64,000 nt of DNA from an uncultured Filomicrobium sp. (lineage in GTDB: Bacteria; Pseudomonadota; Alphaproteobacteria; Rhizobiales; Hyphomicrobiaceae), in NCBI GenBank assembly GCA_964449195.1, contig CAYUYL010000001.1, forward strand, positions 289 to 64,288. Direction: 5' to 3'. Positions 18,690 through 28,543 of this stretch are shown piece after piece (within the stretch, counting starts at the first letter, position 1; the number at the start of each line of letters is the position of its first letter). The position numbers and the translations under genes were made by a program. The notes beneath the pieces were generated by a model. That model searched no databases, was not told the DNA's origin, and saw nothing but the letters and a program-made list of their open reading frames with translations.

Positions 18690-18835
18690 AGAAGACGGCA
18701 TCAATCCTACCTCGGTAGTGTCCCCCGTCTAGCCGATGATGCCGATCTGATGCGCTGGTATCCCTCCCGGCGCCGCGCTCAAAGCGCTTGGCGCCTGACA
18801 CTCTTCCCCCCTTGAGTGTCAGGCGTATTCTTGAA
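18690..18835 (+). ncRNA. candidate small RNA (orphan promoter-like element plus intrinsic terminator, C-rich motifs)
   Basis: TTGGAA (18655-60), a 16-nt spacer, then TATATG (18677-82). Structured sequence follows with CCCUCCC (18761-67) and ends in the hairpin 18793-18824. Both flanking genes are on the opposite strand. No family was recognised. Confidence 0.3.
18793..18835 (+). terminator. rho-independent terminator-like hairpin
   Basis: GCCTGACACTC (18793-18803) pairs with GAGTGTCAGGC (18814-18824). The loop is TTCCCCCCTT, followed by GTATTCTTGAAATT. The U-rich tail exists only on the plus strand. Confidence 0.55.
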
Positions 18836-18905
18836 ATTCAAATAAATATCATATTATTAGCATTTTTAAGTACATACAGCTTCGTTGGCTTAGCAAATTA
18901 AAAAA

Positions 18906-19391
18906 CTATGCCGCGGCTCTCGCGGGTTCCATGCCATAATCTTGAAGTAGCTTTTCAATTCCACTCACAACAGAGGACACTTCAGACAGTCGTCCGGCAA
19001 CCTTGTCTATGAAGCGTTCTGCAAGCTCCCGATCCTCTTCCATTAGTTTCAACATCACATTGCGATCAATCAGCAACGCCTTGACACGACTGGTTGCAAC
19101 AAACGTCGAGATATGCTCGAAATCATCAATAAACATTGCCATCTCGCCAATTGCAGTACCTGTCTGGCAGTCGGTAAAACTTTTGCCTTTTCCAATGCCG
19201 TCAGTGCATTCAAAGCTGCCATCCACAATAATTGCAGTATGATCGCTGTATGCGCCTTTTTGGGCGATGGTGTCGCCCTTATCAAAGACTTTGCGATGCG
19301 CGTGCAATGCAATTTTAACAAGCTGCTCATTCGTTAAATCGGAAAAAATATCGGCGCGGCGCATATGCTGCGCAAGCATAGTTTCTGACAT
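18906..19391 (-). CDS. cyclic-nucleotide-binding domain protein (stand-alone cNMP domain)
   Basis: 161 aa. Beta-barrel cNMP pattern: FDKGDTIAQKG...IIVDGSF...GTAIGEMAMF...ATSRVKALLI. No DNA-binding HTH follows. Confidence 0.75.
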   Translation of the reverse strand: MSETMLAQHMRRADIFSDLTNEQLVKIALHAHRKVFDKGDTIAQKGAYSDHTAIIVDGSFECTDGIGKGKSFTDCQTGTAIGEMAMFIDDFEHISTFVATSRVKALLIDRNVMLKLMEEDRELAERFIDKVAGRLSEVSSVVSGIEKLLQDYGMEPARAAA

Positions 19392-19739
19392 TGGCCAACC
19401 TGTGGTGCGTTAAACGCTTAAGAGAGCCCGCGCACGCAATACAGAATGGGCTTATCAAATATGAATTGTCACAATTGCGCCTGATTCACCTTTTTTTGTC
19501 CAGTCATTATGAATATTATCTGTGGCAAAACATGATATTTCGCAGAGGGTTAAAGCGTGACGCCAGCCAGAGAACATACATTTCCCCAAAAGCTCAAACA
19601 GTTTGCCCTCATCGTTTTGACTGCGCAGGAAAGACGGGAAGTAACTTTTTATGTACCGCAACCGCCATTCTATTGCAGGCGAACAAGCGCTTATTGACTG
19701 CCACCCCGCCATTGCTGCTTTTACACCCGCGAGGTCTCA

Positions 19740-20630
19740 TTGCCCGAACTTCCTGAAGTGGAAACAGTACGCCGGGGTCTTGCGCCGGCCATGGAAGACG
19801 CCACCTTCAAAACCGTCGAGCAGCGCCGGCCAGATCTACGTTTTCCATTTCCTGACAATTTTACATTGCGTATCACCGGCAGCCGCTTGCTGGCTTTGCG
19901 CAGGCGTGCAAAGTATCTCTGCGGATATTTATCAACAAATGAGGTGCTCATTATGCACCTTGGTATGAGCGGCCGTTTTCATATCGATTGGCCAGATACC
20001 GGCAAGCCGCGCAGGCCAGATCATTTTTTTCATAATCAGGGGGGCAAGATGGCCCATGATCACGTTGTATTCACCATGTCGAACGGCGCACGGATTCTTT
20101 ACAATGATGCCCGCCGCTTCGGTTTCATGGATCTTGTGCCTGCCAAAAACCTGAATACATGCAGGCATTTCTCGGACATGGGCGTTGAACCGCTCAGCAC
20201 AGCACTCAATGCAACCTACATCGCAAAATGTGCCGCCAGACGCAAACGAGACCTCAAGGCTTTTTTGCTTGATCAAAGCCTAATTGCCGGCCTTGGGAAT
20301 ATCTATGTCTGTGAAATCCTGCACAGGGCGGGCCTCAGCCCCAAACGCCAAGCCTCCTGTCTGGCTAAAACCAACAACAGCACACCATCAGGCCGAGCGA
20401 CAAGGCTTGTGCCGATCATTCAGGATGTTCTTAACGAGGCTATAGCAGCAGGCGGCTCAACCTTGCGGGATTATGCTGGCGCAGACGGCACATTGGGATA
20501 TTTTCAACATGCATTTCGGGTTTATGGTCGCGAAGGCGAGGCTTGTGTCACCAAAGGATGTGCGGGTACGGTAAGCCGGATTACCCAGGGCGGGCGCTCA
20601 ACATTTTACTGTGGTCACTGCCAGCGCTGA
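19740..20630 (+). CDS. mutM: formamidopyrimidine-DNA glycosylase
   Basis: A TTG start is followed by [14 protein letters not shown]2TH region, then a C-terminal zinc finger CVTKGC...FYCGHC. Confidence 0.93.
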   Translation: MPELPEVETVRRGLAPAMEDATFKTVEQRRPDLRFPFPDNFTLRITGSRLLALRRRAKYLCGYLSTNEVLIMHLGMSGRFHIDWPDTGKPRRPDHFFHNQGGKMAHDHVVFTMSNGARILYNDARRFGFMDLVPAKNLNTCRHFSDMGVEPLSTALNATYIAKCAARRKRDLKAFLLDQSLIAGLGNIYVCEILHRAGLSPKRQASCLAKTNNSTPSGRATRLVPIIQDVLNEAIAAGGSTLRDYAGADGTLGYFQHAFRVYGREGEACVTKGCAGTVSRITQGGRSTFYCGHCQR

Positions 20631-20682
20631 CAGAAACAGACTTTGTTGGCCGTGCCTTGAAAGATTGAAGGAAAGCAATCGC

Positions 20683-21456
20683 ATGGATTACGTAAACATT
20701 ATCAGCGAAACACGCGGCAACATCGGTGTGATCACACTGAACCGGCCAGAAGCGCGCAATGCTCTCAATCCGGCACTCATTGACGAATTGAACCACGCCC
20801 TTAACAGCTTTGAAGCAGATCTGAGCATCGGTTGTATTGTTTTGACGGGGTCTGAAAAAGCCTTCGCGGCTGGCGCAGACATCAAGGACATGAAGTCCAA
20901 AACATACATGGACGCCTATATGGGCGACTTCATCAAAAAATGGGAACGCATTGTTGAGGCCCGCAAGCCCGTTGTTGCTGCCGTCGCCGGATATGCACTC
21001 GGCGGAGGCTGCGAACTTGCAATGATGTGTGACTTTATTATTGCCGCCGATACGGCCATGTTCGGGCAGCCGGAAATTAAGCTTGGCGTCATGCCGGGCG
21101 CAGGCGGCACCCAGCGCTTGACGCGGTTTGTAGGCAAATCGAAAGCCATGGAAATGTGTCTGACAGGGCGTCTCATGGACGCGGAAGAAGCCGAACGTGC
21201 CGGACTTGTCTCGCGGATCGTGCCTGCTGCTGATTTAATAGAGGATGCCGTTAAAACAGCACAAACCATCGCCGAGATGTCAATGCCCATTGCAATGATG
21301 ACAAAGGAAACCGTCAATCGTGCCTATGAGACAACCTTGGCAGAAGGCATCCGTTTTGAGCGCCGTGTCTTTCATTCCATGTTTGCAACAGAAGACCAGT
21401 CCGAGGGCATGAGGGCATTTGTAGAAAAACGCAAAGCAGAATTTAAGAACAGGTAA
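20683..21456 (+). CDS. enoyl-CoA hydratase (crotonase family)
   Basis: The likely start is MDYVNII at 20683. [44 protein letters not shown]. Confidence 0.9.
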   Translation: MDYVNIISETRGNIGVITLNRPEARNALNPALIDELNHALNSFEADLSIGCIVLTGSEKAFAAGADIKDMKSKTYMDAYMGDFIKKWERIVEARKPVVAAVAGYALGGGCELAMMCDFIIAADTAMFGQPEIKLGVMPGAGGTQRLTRFVGKSKAMEMCLTGRLMDAEEAERAGLVSRIVPAADLIEDAVKTAQTIAEMSMPIAMMTKETVNRAYETTLAEGIRFERRVFHSMFATEDQSEGMRAFVEKRKAEFKNR

Positions 21457-21626
21457 AGGCACAAACGCACATTGCTGTTTTTTACAAATGTTGTTGTCGA
21501 GACGAACATATCAGGATTGGTCTCAGCTTTTTTTCATCCCACCAGTTCGCGGGACGATATGCCGAGGCCGTACAGCAAGCCTTTTAAAATTGCCAGATCA
21601 TGTTCCAGGCGCAATGCGCGATTTTC

Positions 21627-21833
21627 TCATACAGCGTGCTGCACTTCACTCTTTAACAGGGTGGCTTGCTCCACACAGATATTTAGCACAGCATCAATGA
21701 GATGTGCGTGAATTTTCTGCGCTTCGAGTTCACTTATCGGGCCAATGACATTGCATGTCTGGCCATCTCGCAACTTTACATAGTAACACTCTTGATCTTT
21801 CTCGATCCATATATCCGCACTAGCTAAACGCAT
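21627..21833 (-). CDS. hypothetical small protein (68 aa)
   Basis: ATG preceded by AAGGA at about -10. No recognisable domain. Coding status is unverified. Confidence 0.4.
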   Translation of the reverse strand: MRLASADIWIEKDQECYYVKLRDGQTCNVIGPISELEAQKIHAHLIDAVLNICVEQATLLKSEVQHAV

Positions 21834-22012
21834 GACTGCTGGTCCTTATATTTTCTGCAAGTCATGTCATGGTGCGACTAATTATGCGTATCGGCTATCT
21901 CAATCGTGCTAGTTTTCCTCGCTTTTCACAGATGACGAACGGAATTTCCCTATCTGCTTGAGGGATCGGGTATTTTCGTTCCAACTTTTCCACTCTGCCC
22001 CAAGCTGTAACA

Positions 22013-22864
22013 TCAAAAACGTGGCAGTCTCGGATGACGGTTGACATCTTTATAAAGGAGATAGCGGAATTTGCCCGGGCCACCGGCATAGCAGGCCTGT
22101 GGGCAAAACGCGCGGAGCCACATGAAATCACCGGCCTCCACTTCAATCCAGTCCTGGTTCAAACGGTAGACGGCCTTGCCCTCAAGAATATAGAGGCCAT
22201 GCTCCATCACATGGGTTTCCAGAAACGGAATGACGGCACCTGGCTGCAAGGTCACGATCGTCACGTGCATATCATAGCGCAGATCTTCCGGATCTATAAA
22301 CTTGGTCGTCGCCCACTTACCGTCTGTGTCCGGCATTGGGTCCGGCTGCACCGCCTTGTCACTGCTGACAACAGGCTCCGGCGGCTCCATGCCATCGAGA
22401 GCCTCAAATGCCTTGCGTATCCAATGGAACTTAACTGGTTTTTTGCCCTTATTCTTTACGGTATATGCAAGCCCCGCAGGAATAAAGGCAAAGCCTCCCG
22501 TTCTGAGGCGATGTTTCTGACCGGCAAATTCCAGCGTCAACTCCCCTTCAACGACAAAAACAGCAGCTTCAGCATGATCGTCAGTCTCCGGACGGTCACT
22601 GCCACCGCCCGGCGCGACCTCCACGATATATTGTGAAAACGTTTCAGCAAATCCCGTCATTGGCCGTGCCAGAATCCATGCCCTCGTATCAGTCCAGAAG
22701 GGCAGCTTACTGACGACAATATCCTGCATCACGCCTTTCGGGATGACAGCATATGCATCAGTGAACATCGCACGGTCGGTCAGCAGTTGCGTTTGCGGCG
22801 GATGCCCGCCCTTAGGTGCATAGTAGTTTTGCTTTGGCACGTTAGTGTTGCCTTGTACTATCAC
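22013..22864 (-). CDS. bicupin, (S)-ureidoglycine aminohydrolase / allantoin-catabolism cupin family
   Basis: 283 aa with two cupin barrels (EAAVFVVEGELTL...GGFAFIPAG and HVMEHGLYILEGKAVYRL...GDFMWL). It lies directly downstream of puuE. Confidence 0.75.
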   Translation of the reverse strand: MIVQGNTNVPKQNYYAPKGGHPPQTQLLTDRAMFTDAYAVIPKGVMQDIVVSKLPFWTDTRAWILARPMTGFAETFSQYIVEVAPGGGSDRPETDDHAEAAVFVVEGELTLEFAGQKHRLRTGGFAFIPAGLAYTVKNKGKKPVKFHWIRKAFEALDGMEPPEPVVSSDKAVQPDPMPDTDGKWATTKFIDPEDLRYDMHVTIVTLQPGAVIPFLETHVMEHGLYILEGKAVYRLNQDWIEVEAGDFMWLRAFCPQACYAGGPGKFRYLLYKDVNRHPRLPRF

Positions 22865-22878
22865 AGAAACTTAAGTTT

Positions 22879-23808
22879 TTACGAGGGGGCAGGATAAAGC
22901 GCGCTCCAATGCCGGGCAATATCGATACGGCGGGCAAACCAGACTTTGTTATGCGATTGAGCATAGTCAAGGAAGCGGCGCACCGCCATCATCCGCCCCG
23001 GACGCCCGGCAAGGCGGCAGTGCAGACCAATCGACATCATTTTGGGCGCCCCATGCTCGCCCTCCATATAAAGAGCATCAAAAGTATCCTTGAGGTAAGC
23101 GAAGAACTGGTCGCCGGAGTTAAAGCCCTGTGGCGTTGCAAAGCGCATATCATTCGCATCAAGCGTATAAGGCACAATCAATTGCGTTCTGCCGCCATGC
23201 GTATGCCAGTAGGGCAGATCATCAGCATAGGAATCCGCTACGTAATGAAAACCGCCCATCTCTGTTACAAGGTTAACAGTATTCATAGAACATCGCCCAG
23301 TGTACCAGCCGAGTGGCAGGGCTCCGGTTGTCTCTTCATGCAACCGCATGGCCTGTTCAATGTGGGCGCGCTCCTGCGCTTCAGAAAAACCTCTGTACTC
23401 AATCCATTTCAAGCCATGACTGGCAATTTCCCAATTTGCAACCTTCATGGCTTCGACTTGCTCAGGTGAACGCGCGAGCGCCGTGGCCACCCCGAAAACC
23501 GTGACCGGCACAGCCTTTTCCGTGAACAGCCGATGCAGCCGCCAAAAGCCAGCGCGCGCGCCATATTCATAGATGGTTTCCATATTCCAGTGACGCTCAC
23601 CGTGCCAGGGTTCAGCACCGACAATCTCTGACAGAAAAGCTTCTGAATGAGGGTCGCCGTGGAGGAGGCAGTTTTCGCCGCCCTCTTCATAATTGAGTAC
23701 AAACTGAACCGCGATGTTGGCTTGTCCCGCCCCTTTGGGGTTAGGCCATTTGGGATCAGGCGGCGTTGGCCCATACCCCAACATATCGCGAGGATAATTT
23801 TCTGCCAT
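22879..23808 (-). CDS. puuE: allantoinase PuuE (polysaccharide-deacetylase fold)
   Basis: YPRDMLGYGPTPPDPKWPN..., VQFVLNYEEGGE, HGERHW, characteristic of the metal-independent allantoinase. The likely start is MAENYPRD at 23808. Confidence 0.85.
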   Translation of the reverse strand: MAENYPRDMLGYGPTPPDPKWPNPKGAGQANIAVQFVLNYEEGGENCLLHGDPHSEAFLSEIVGAEPWHGERHWNMETIYEYGARAGFWRLHRLFTEKAVPVTVFGVATALARSPEQVEAMKVANWEIASHGLKWIEYRGFSEAQERAHIEQAMRLHEETTGALPLGWYTGRCSMNTVNLVTEMGGFHYVADSYADDLPYWHTHGGRTQLIVPYTLDANDMRFATPQGFNSGDQFFAYLKDTFDALYMEGEHGAPKMMSIGLHCRLAGRPGRMMAVRRFLDYAQSHNKVWFARRIDIARHWSALYPAPS

Positions 23809-23846
23809 GGTCTTCTCCGCACGTATGTTTTGCCATTTTACTGACA

Positions 23847-24704
23847 TCAGCCGAGTTCGAATGTGGTGATGCCGAATGTCTTATTAATGGGCAACCCAGG
23901 CGCTGATCCTTTATACATTCTGGCTGTCTCAAAATTGGCCTCAAACCCAAGTGCATGCACCATTTGCCCAGCCGCCTGATTGTCTTCCGGAACATCAATT
24001 GTAATTTTGCTGTCAACGGGCAGCCTTTCGCAAAGACCTGCTAAAATTGCTTCAGCAACATCGCGGCTTTCCGCAAACAAAGGGCCAACCTTGTAGCCCT
24101 GCTTGCAGGCACGGATAACACCGAAGCCTTGCAGCCCATCTTTGGTTTTACTCAAGACACCCCATCTACGGCCTGGATCTGCCGACTGCATCCATTGCAT
24201 CATAAATGCCGTGCGGTCATCAGCAAAAAAACGGCGATCGTACTCAGTGACGTCTAATCGCGTCGCATGTGTTATCGGTTGGGTATCTTGCGCCGGGTAA
24301 TTTGAAAGAGCCTCAATGGTACCAGTGTATCTCACATTACGCCCGGCGAGAACAAAGCCGCTTTTACGATAATTCTCCTGCTGGGCGACGACACCATCCA
24401 AGCCCACAACGCGTCCTGCAAGATGTTGTAGACCGGCCTGCCAGATTTGGAAGCCATAACCCTGGCCGCGATATTCCGGCAGTACAATATAAAACCCTAA
24501 AAACCCAAAGTCTTGACCATAGCGCACAACGGATATCGATGAGACCGGCCTATCGTCCAGATAACCCATGAGAAATCCCTGTGGATCTGCTGCGTGAAAA
24601 GCTGGAAGATCCTCCAGGCCAGGGTTCCAGCCCTCGCGGGCAGCCCAGTCGACGGCAATTGAGAATTCATTTTGTGTTGCAGCCCTGATGCGGAATTTAC
24701 TCAT
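23847..24704 (-). CDS. GNAT family N-acetyltransferase (two-lobed, YitH-like)
   Basis: The likely start is MSKFRIRAAT at 24704. Acetyl-CoA motif YRGQGYGFQIWQAGL. A C-terminal second lobe is present. Confidence 0.8.
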   Translation of the reverse strand: MSKFRIRAATQNEFSIAVDWAAREGWNPGLEDLPAFHAADPQGFLMGYLDDRPVSSISVVRYGQDFGFLGFYIVLPEYRGQGYGFQIWQAGLQHLAGRVVGLDGVVAQQENYRKSGFVLAGRNVRYTGTIEALSNYPAQDTQPITHATRLDVTEYDRRFFADDRTAFMMQWMQSADPGRRWGVLSKTKDGLQGFGVIRACKQGYKVGPLFAESRDVAEAILAGLCERLPVDSKITIDVPEDNQAAGQMVHALGFEANFETARMYKGSAPGLPINKTFGITTFELG

Positions 24705-24705
24705 G

Positions 24706-25383
24706 CTAGCCAGGATTGTTGCGTGGTTGCGATGTTGTTGTACAGATCGTCTCGCACAGTCCGACAGCCGCAGCCACACCATCAATGACGGGCTTTTCGA
24801 ATTTGGCCGTTAGCCGCCCTGCAAGGTTGGCCATGCCGGCGCAACCGAGCACAACCGACTGAACGCTATCTTCAGAAAACGCGCGTCCAACTTCATCTTC
24901 AATCCGGGCAAAAGTCTCAGTACTATCTGTCTCCAACACCGGCACTCCGGATGCGCGCACGCGGGCACATCTACCTGCAAAACCATACGTCCTTATATTG
25001 TCTTCAAGCACCGGCACTGAGACGGCCAGCGTGGTCACCACAGAAAAACGCTGTCCCATCAGCATCCCCAAATGATAACCGGCTTCACCGATGCCGACGA
25101 CCGGAACAGGTGACTTTTTCCGCAATTGCCATAGCCCGGTATCGTCAAAACAGGCGACGATGACAGCATCACACGTGAGATTTTCAAGAACTTCTTGATC
25201 AAAGAGCTGAAAAAGCCCCGGCAGTGCACGTTCGCCATCTTCAGGGCCTTGGATTGATGCTGGACCCGTTGCAGGGTTGAGAGCCCTGATTTGATCAGGA
25301 TACCTGGCGCACTTCTGTGCAGCACCGGCAATGGCTTCGGTCATTTCCGCGGTCGTATTTGGATTGATAATTAACAGCCGCAT
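24706..25383 (-). CDS. Asp/Glu/hydantoin racemase family protein (hydantoin/allantoin racemase-like)
   Basis: MRLLIINPNTTAEMTE. Two catalytic-Cys contexts, VIVACFDDTG and VVLGCAGMANL. Confidence 0.8.
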   Translation of the reverse strand: MRLLIINPNTTAEMTEAIAGAAQKCARYPDQIRALNPATGPASIQGPEDGERALPGLFQLFDQEVLENLTCDAVIVACFDDTGLWQLRKKSPVPVVGIGEAGYHLGMLMGQRFSVVTTLAVSVPVLEDNIRTYGFAGRCARVRASGVPVLETDSTETFARIEDEVGRAFSEDSVQSVVLGCAGMANLAGRLTAKFEKPVIDGVAAAVGLCETICTTTSQPRNNPG

Positions 25384-25398
25384 AGTTTTGGCCCTATC

Positions 25399-26244
25399 CT
25401 AAACCATGCCCTTGCCGGCATCCGAACCAAGCCTTTGGCGCCGCCGCCGCATAATGATGGCAAGGCATAGAAAGGTGAGAATAACCAACATCGAAAATGC
25501 CGTTGTCAGTGTGCCGAGAGCATAGAGCACCGGAGTTGTGACATTCGTTGTCATCCCGAATATTTCGAGCGGCAGCGTATTGTACGATCCGGCTGTCAAC
25601 AACGTCCGCGCGAACTCATCGTAAGAGAGTGTAAAGCCAAAAAGCGCAACTCCAATCAGACTGGGAGCAATCATTGGCAGCACAACATGCCGGAACGTTT
25701 GCCACCTACCGGCACCGAGATCTCTTCCAGCTTCCTCGTATGATTTGTCAAAACGATTAAAGACGGCAAACATAATGAGCAGGCCGAATGGTAAAGTCCA
25801 GGTCAGTTGTGCGCCCAACCCCGACGTTGACCAATGAACCGACAGATCGAGAATATTGAAAATTAATCCGATACCGAGAGAAACAAGAATGGAGGGGATC
25901 ACCAGAGAAGCGATAACCAGATAAAAAACGACATCGGAACCGCGAAATTTATTGCGAAACGCCATGCCGCCCGTCACAGACATGACGACTGTCACAACCA
26001 TGACCATCAGCCCGAGCACGAACGAGCGCCCAAACGACCCCCATATATCGCCAACGGCCTGCTCCCTGAACAAATCATAGAACCAATGCACCGACACCCC
26101 GTTCATCGGGAAGGTCAGCCCGCCGTTTGGCCCCTGAAACGACAGGATCGCAATCGTCACTATCGGGCCGTAGAGAAACAGCACAAACACCCCGAAGAAC
26201 AAGGCTAGCATATAGAAGGACAGACCGCGGCGCTCCATGCTCAT
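25399..26244 (-). CDS. ABC transporter permease (PotC-like)
   Basis: Six TM segments. EAA-type loop YEEAGRDLGAGRWQTFRHVVLP. The ATGA start/stop overlap with the upstream permease is at 26241-26244. Confidence 0.88.
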   Translation of the reverse strand: MSMERRGLSFYMLALFFGVFVLFLYGPIVTIAILSFQGPNGGLTFPMNGVSVHWFYDLFREQAVGDIWGSFGRSFVLGLMVMVVTVVMSVTGGMAFRNKFRGSDVVFYLVIASLVIPSILVSLGIGLIFNILDLSVHWSTSGLGAQLTWTLPFGLLIMFAVFNRFDKSYEEAGRDLGAGRWQTFRHVVLPMIAPSLIGVALFGFTLSYDEFARTLLTAGSYNTLPLEIFGMTTNVTTPVLYALGTLTTAFSMLVILTFLCLAIIMRRRRQRLGSDAGKGMV

Positions 26245-27137
26245 AACTCCTTCCGGATGTCGACGTAGCGCAACATAATCGAAATCATGATCAGAACCGT
26301 GCACAGCAGAACAACCGCGCTTGCTGCGGCAGCAGGATACTGCAGCAGGCTGATTTCATTTGAAATAACCCTGCCGACCGAAGCGCTTTGACCACCAGAC
26401 ATAAAGCGGACGGTTATAAAATCCCCCATGACCAGCGTGACGACAAAGATTGATCCAATCATCAAACCAGGTTTGCTGAGCGGGATGATCACGTTGGTAA
26501 GGATCTGAAAACCGCTGGCGCCGGCATCCCTGGCAGCCTCGATAAGCGATTTGTCAATGCGCATCATCGTATTGAACACCGGCACGACCATGAACAGGAC
26601 ATAGAGATGCACAAAAGCCAGAACGACGGCAAAATCTGAAAACAACAGCCATTCCAAAGGCTGATCAATCACGCCCATATCAAGCAACATGGAATTAGCA
26701 ATACCATTGCGGCCAAGAAACGGAATCCAAGATATCATGCGGATAATATTGGACGTCCAGAACGGTATAGTGCAAATCAAAAATAATGCGATTTGCCATG
26801 TCAAAGAATGCACATGAAAGGCCAGGAAATACGCAACCGTAAAGCCGATGACCGTACAGAAAAACCAGGTCAGAACCGTAAACTGCAATGTTTTTAGGTA
26901 TGTATCCAACGTCACCTTTGACGTCAGCAGATACTCATAATTGTCAAATATAAAGGCTGGAAAAAAACTGAATTCGTTATAATCCCAAAAACTTACCATG
27001 ACGATGGTAAGAAGGGGAAGAATAAGAAAAAAGGACAGGATCAGAATGAACGGACTGATCAAAGCCCAGCTTGCACGTTCGTGCCGCCCCTGTAACTGCC
27101 GTTCGCGTGACACGTCCTCTGCCTCGTCATTTTGCAT
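26241..27137 (-). CDS. ABC transporter permease (PotB-like)
   Basis: Six TM segments. Loop LIEAARDAGASGFQILTNVIIP. The ORF is open to a TTG at 27155, but the ATG at 27137 is more likely. Confidence 0.88.
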   Translation of the reverse strand: MQNDEAEDVSRERQLQGRHERASWALISPFILILSFFLILPLLTIVMVSFWDYNEFSFFPAFIFDNYEYLLTSKVTLDTYLKTLQFTVLTWFFCTVIGFTVAYFLAFHVHSLTWQIALFLICTIPFWTSNIIRMISWIPFLGRNGIANSMLLDMGVIDQPLEWLLFSDFAVVLAFVHLYVLFMVVPVFNTMMRIDKSLIEAARDAGASGFQILTNVIIPLSKPGLMIGSIFVVTLVMGDFITVRFMSGGQSASVGRVISNEISLLQYPAAAASAVVLLCTVLIMISIMLRYVDIRKEL

Positions 27138-27193
27138 GCCGCCCGGTCCCCACAAAGGACCGGACGGTATTGTCGTATTGATATGAGCGAGCC

Positions 27194-28492
27194 TTAAGCG
27201 GCGATGAACTCATTCCACTTGCGGACCATGTACTTGTTTTCATCCATAACGGCGTTCCAGCAGGCCACAGCGCCCATACGGTCATTGAAAGAGCCACCGT
27301 CACGAACAGCGCCTTTCTTTTCCATGACTTTGCCCTGCGGGTTTTTAATATCACCCTTGGCTGCCTTGCCTTCAAACCAGAAGCCCCATTCATCTTCTGA
27401 CATGAAGTTTTTGGACGTTTCAGGAACAGCTGAATAGTAGCCCTGGCGCATCAGGAAGCCGCCAACCCAACCGGAGAGGTACCAGTTGATGTAGTCATAG
27501 GCTGCATCAAGTTCACGGCCCTTCAGGTTCGCTGATAATCCAAGACCGCCCCCCCATGAACGGTAGCCTTCCTTGAGTGGCTGGTAGACACACGGGATGC
27601 CCTTTGAGCGTACAGCGGTGATCGCAGGAGACCACATGGACTGGATGACAACTTCGCCAGACGCCATCAGGTTGACGCTTTCGTCAAACGACTTCCAGAA
27701 CGCGCGGAACTGACCGGCCTTTTTAGCCTCGGTAAAGATCTTCATCGTTTTGTCGATCTCTTCCTTGGTCATATTCCCCTTATCGCCGTACTTGATCTCA
27801 CCCATGGATTCACAAACCATGGCAGCATCCATGATGCCGATGGATGAAATATCAAGAATAGACGCTTTACCCTTGAATTCAGGATTCAAAAGCTCTGACC
27901 AATTTTCAATCGGACGTTTGATCAGATCAGGGCGAATACCGAGCGTGTCAGCGTTATAAATGGTCGGGATCAGCGTCATCCAACCGGTTTCCTTGCCGGC
28001 AAATTTTTTGCCGTTGACACTGTCAACGAAACCAACAGTGTGCGGTGCAGTGCCCTGGGCAATCACAGAGTCTGGTGTTAGCTTGCCAGACTTAAAGATG
28101 CCGACAATCTTGTCGTAATTCTTGATTTTGGACGTATCCATAGCCTGGAGGTTGCCAGCACCCCAAACTTTTTTACAGATCCAGTATTCTATATCAGCGA
28201 TGTCGAAGCTTTTCGGCTGGGTTGCGGCACGTTGTGTTACGCTATCTGAATCCAGCGCAGTCATCTCAAGCGTGAAGCCAAGGTCTTCCTTCACCTTCTT
28301 GGCAACTTCATTCAAGTTGGACACGCCGGTGCCGAACTGACGCAATACAATGTTCTTGTTTTCTTGCGCCCATACGGTTGGAAAACCAGTTACAGCACCA
28401 CTGCCAGCCGCAATCGCTGCTGTCGCCGCTGAACCTTTCAGCAATGTTCTACGACTGACACCCTTGGTTTTGCCTGTAATATTTTTCGTCAT
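27194..28492 (-). CDS. ABC transporter periplasmic substrate-binding protein (PotD/PotF-like), Tat-type signal
   Basis: N-terminus KGVSRRTLLKGSAATAAIAAGSGA (twin-arginine-like). 432 aa, type II SBP size and pattern. Confidence 0.85.
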   Translation of the reverse strand: MTKNITGKTKGVSRRTLLKGSAATAAIAAGSGAVTGFPTVWAQENKNIVLRQFGTGVSNLNEVAKKVKEDLGFTLEMTALDSDSVTQRAATQPKSFDIADIEYWICKKVWGAGNLQAMDTSKIKNYDKIVGIFKSGKLTPDSVIAQGTAPHTVGFVDSVNGKKFAGKETGWMTLIPTIYNADTLGIRPDLIKRPIENWSELLNPEFKGKASILDISSIGIMDAAMVCESMGEIKYGDKGNMTKEEIDKTMKIFTEAKKAGQFRAFWKSFDESVNLMASGEVVIQSMWSPAITAVRSKGIPCVYQPLKEGYRSWGGGLGLSANLKGRELDAAYDYINWYLSGWVGGFLMRQGYYSAVPETSKNFMSEDEWGFWFEGKAAKGDIKNPQGKVMEKKGAVRDGGSFNDRMGAVACWNAVMDENKYMVRKWNEFIAA

Positions 28493-28543
28493 GTGAGCAG
28501 TCTCCTTGGTTGCATTAGGTTAACAGAGATTAAAAACGCGATT

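Noticed and set aside
18633-18815. 60-aa ORF in the dusA-upstream gap as a protein gene
   Set aside because: It has no SD, is Arg-rich, and its stop lies inside the terminator loop. The region is treated as a possible sRNA instead.
18485-18905. DusA-specific integrative element at the 5' end of dusA
   Set aside because: dusA 5' ends are known integration hot-spots. However, no integrase, duplicated dusA 5' fragment or foreign gene block is present, and the gap is only about 420 bp.
22034-22636. 200-aa plus-strand ORF
   Set aside because: It lies antisense to the bicupin gene. It is a shadow ORF.
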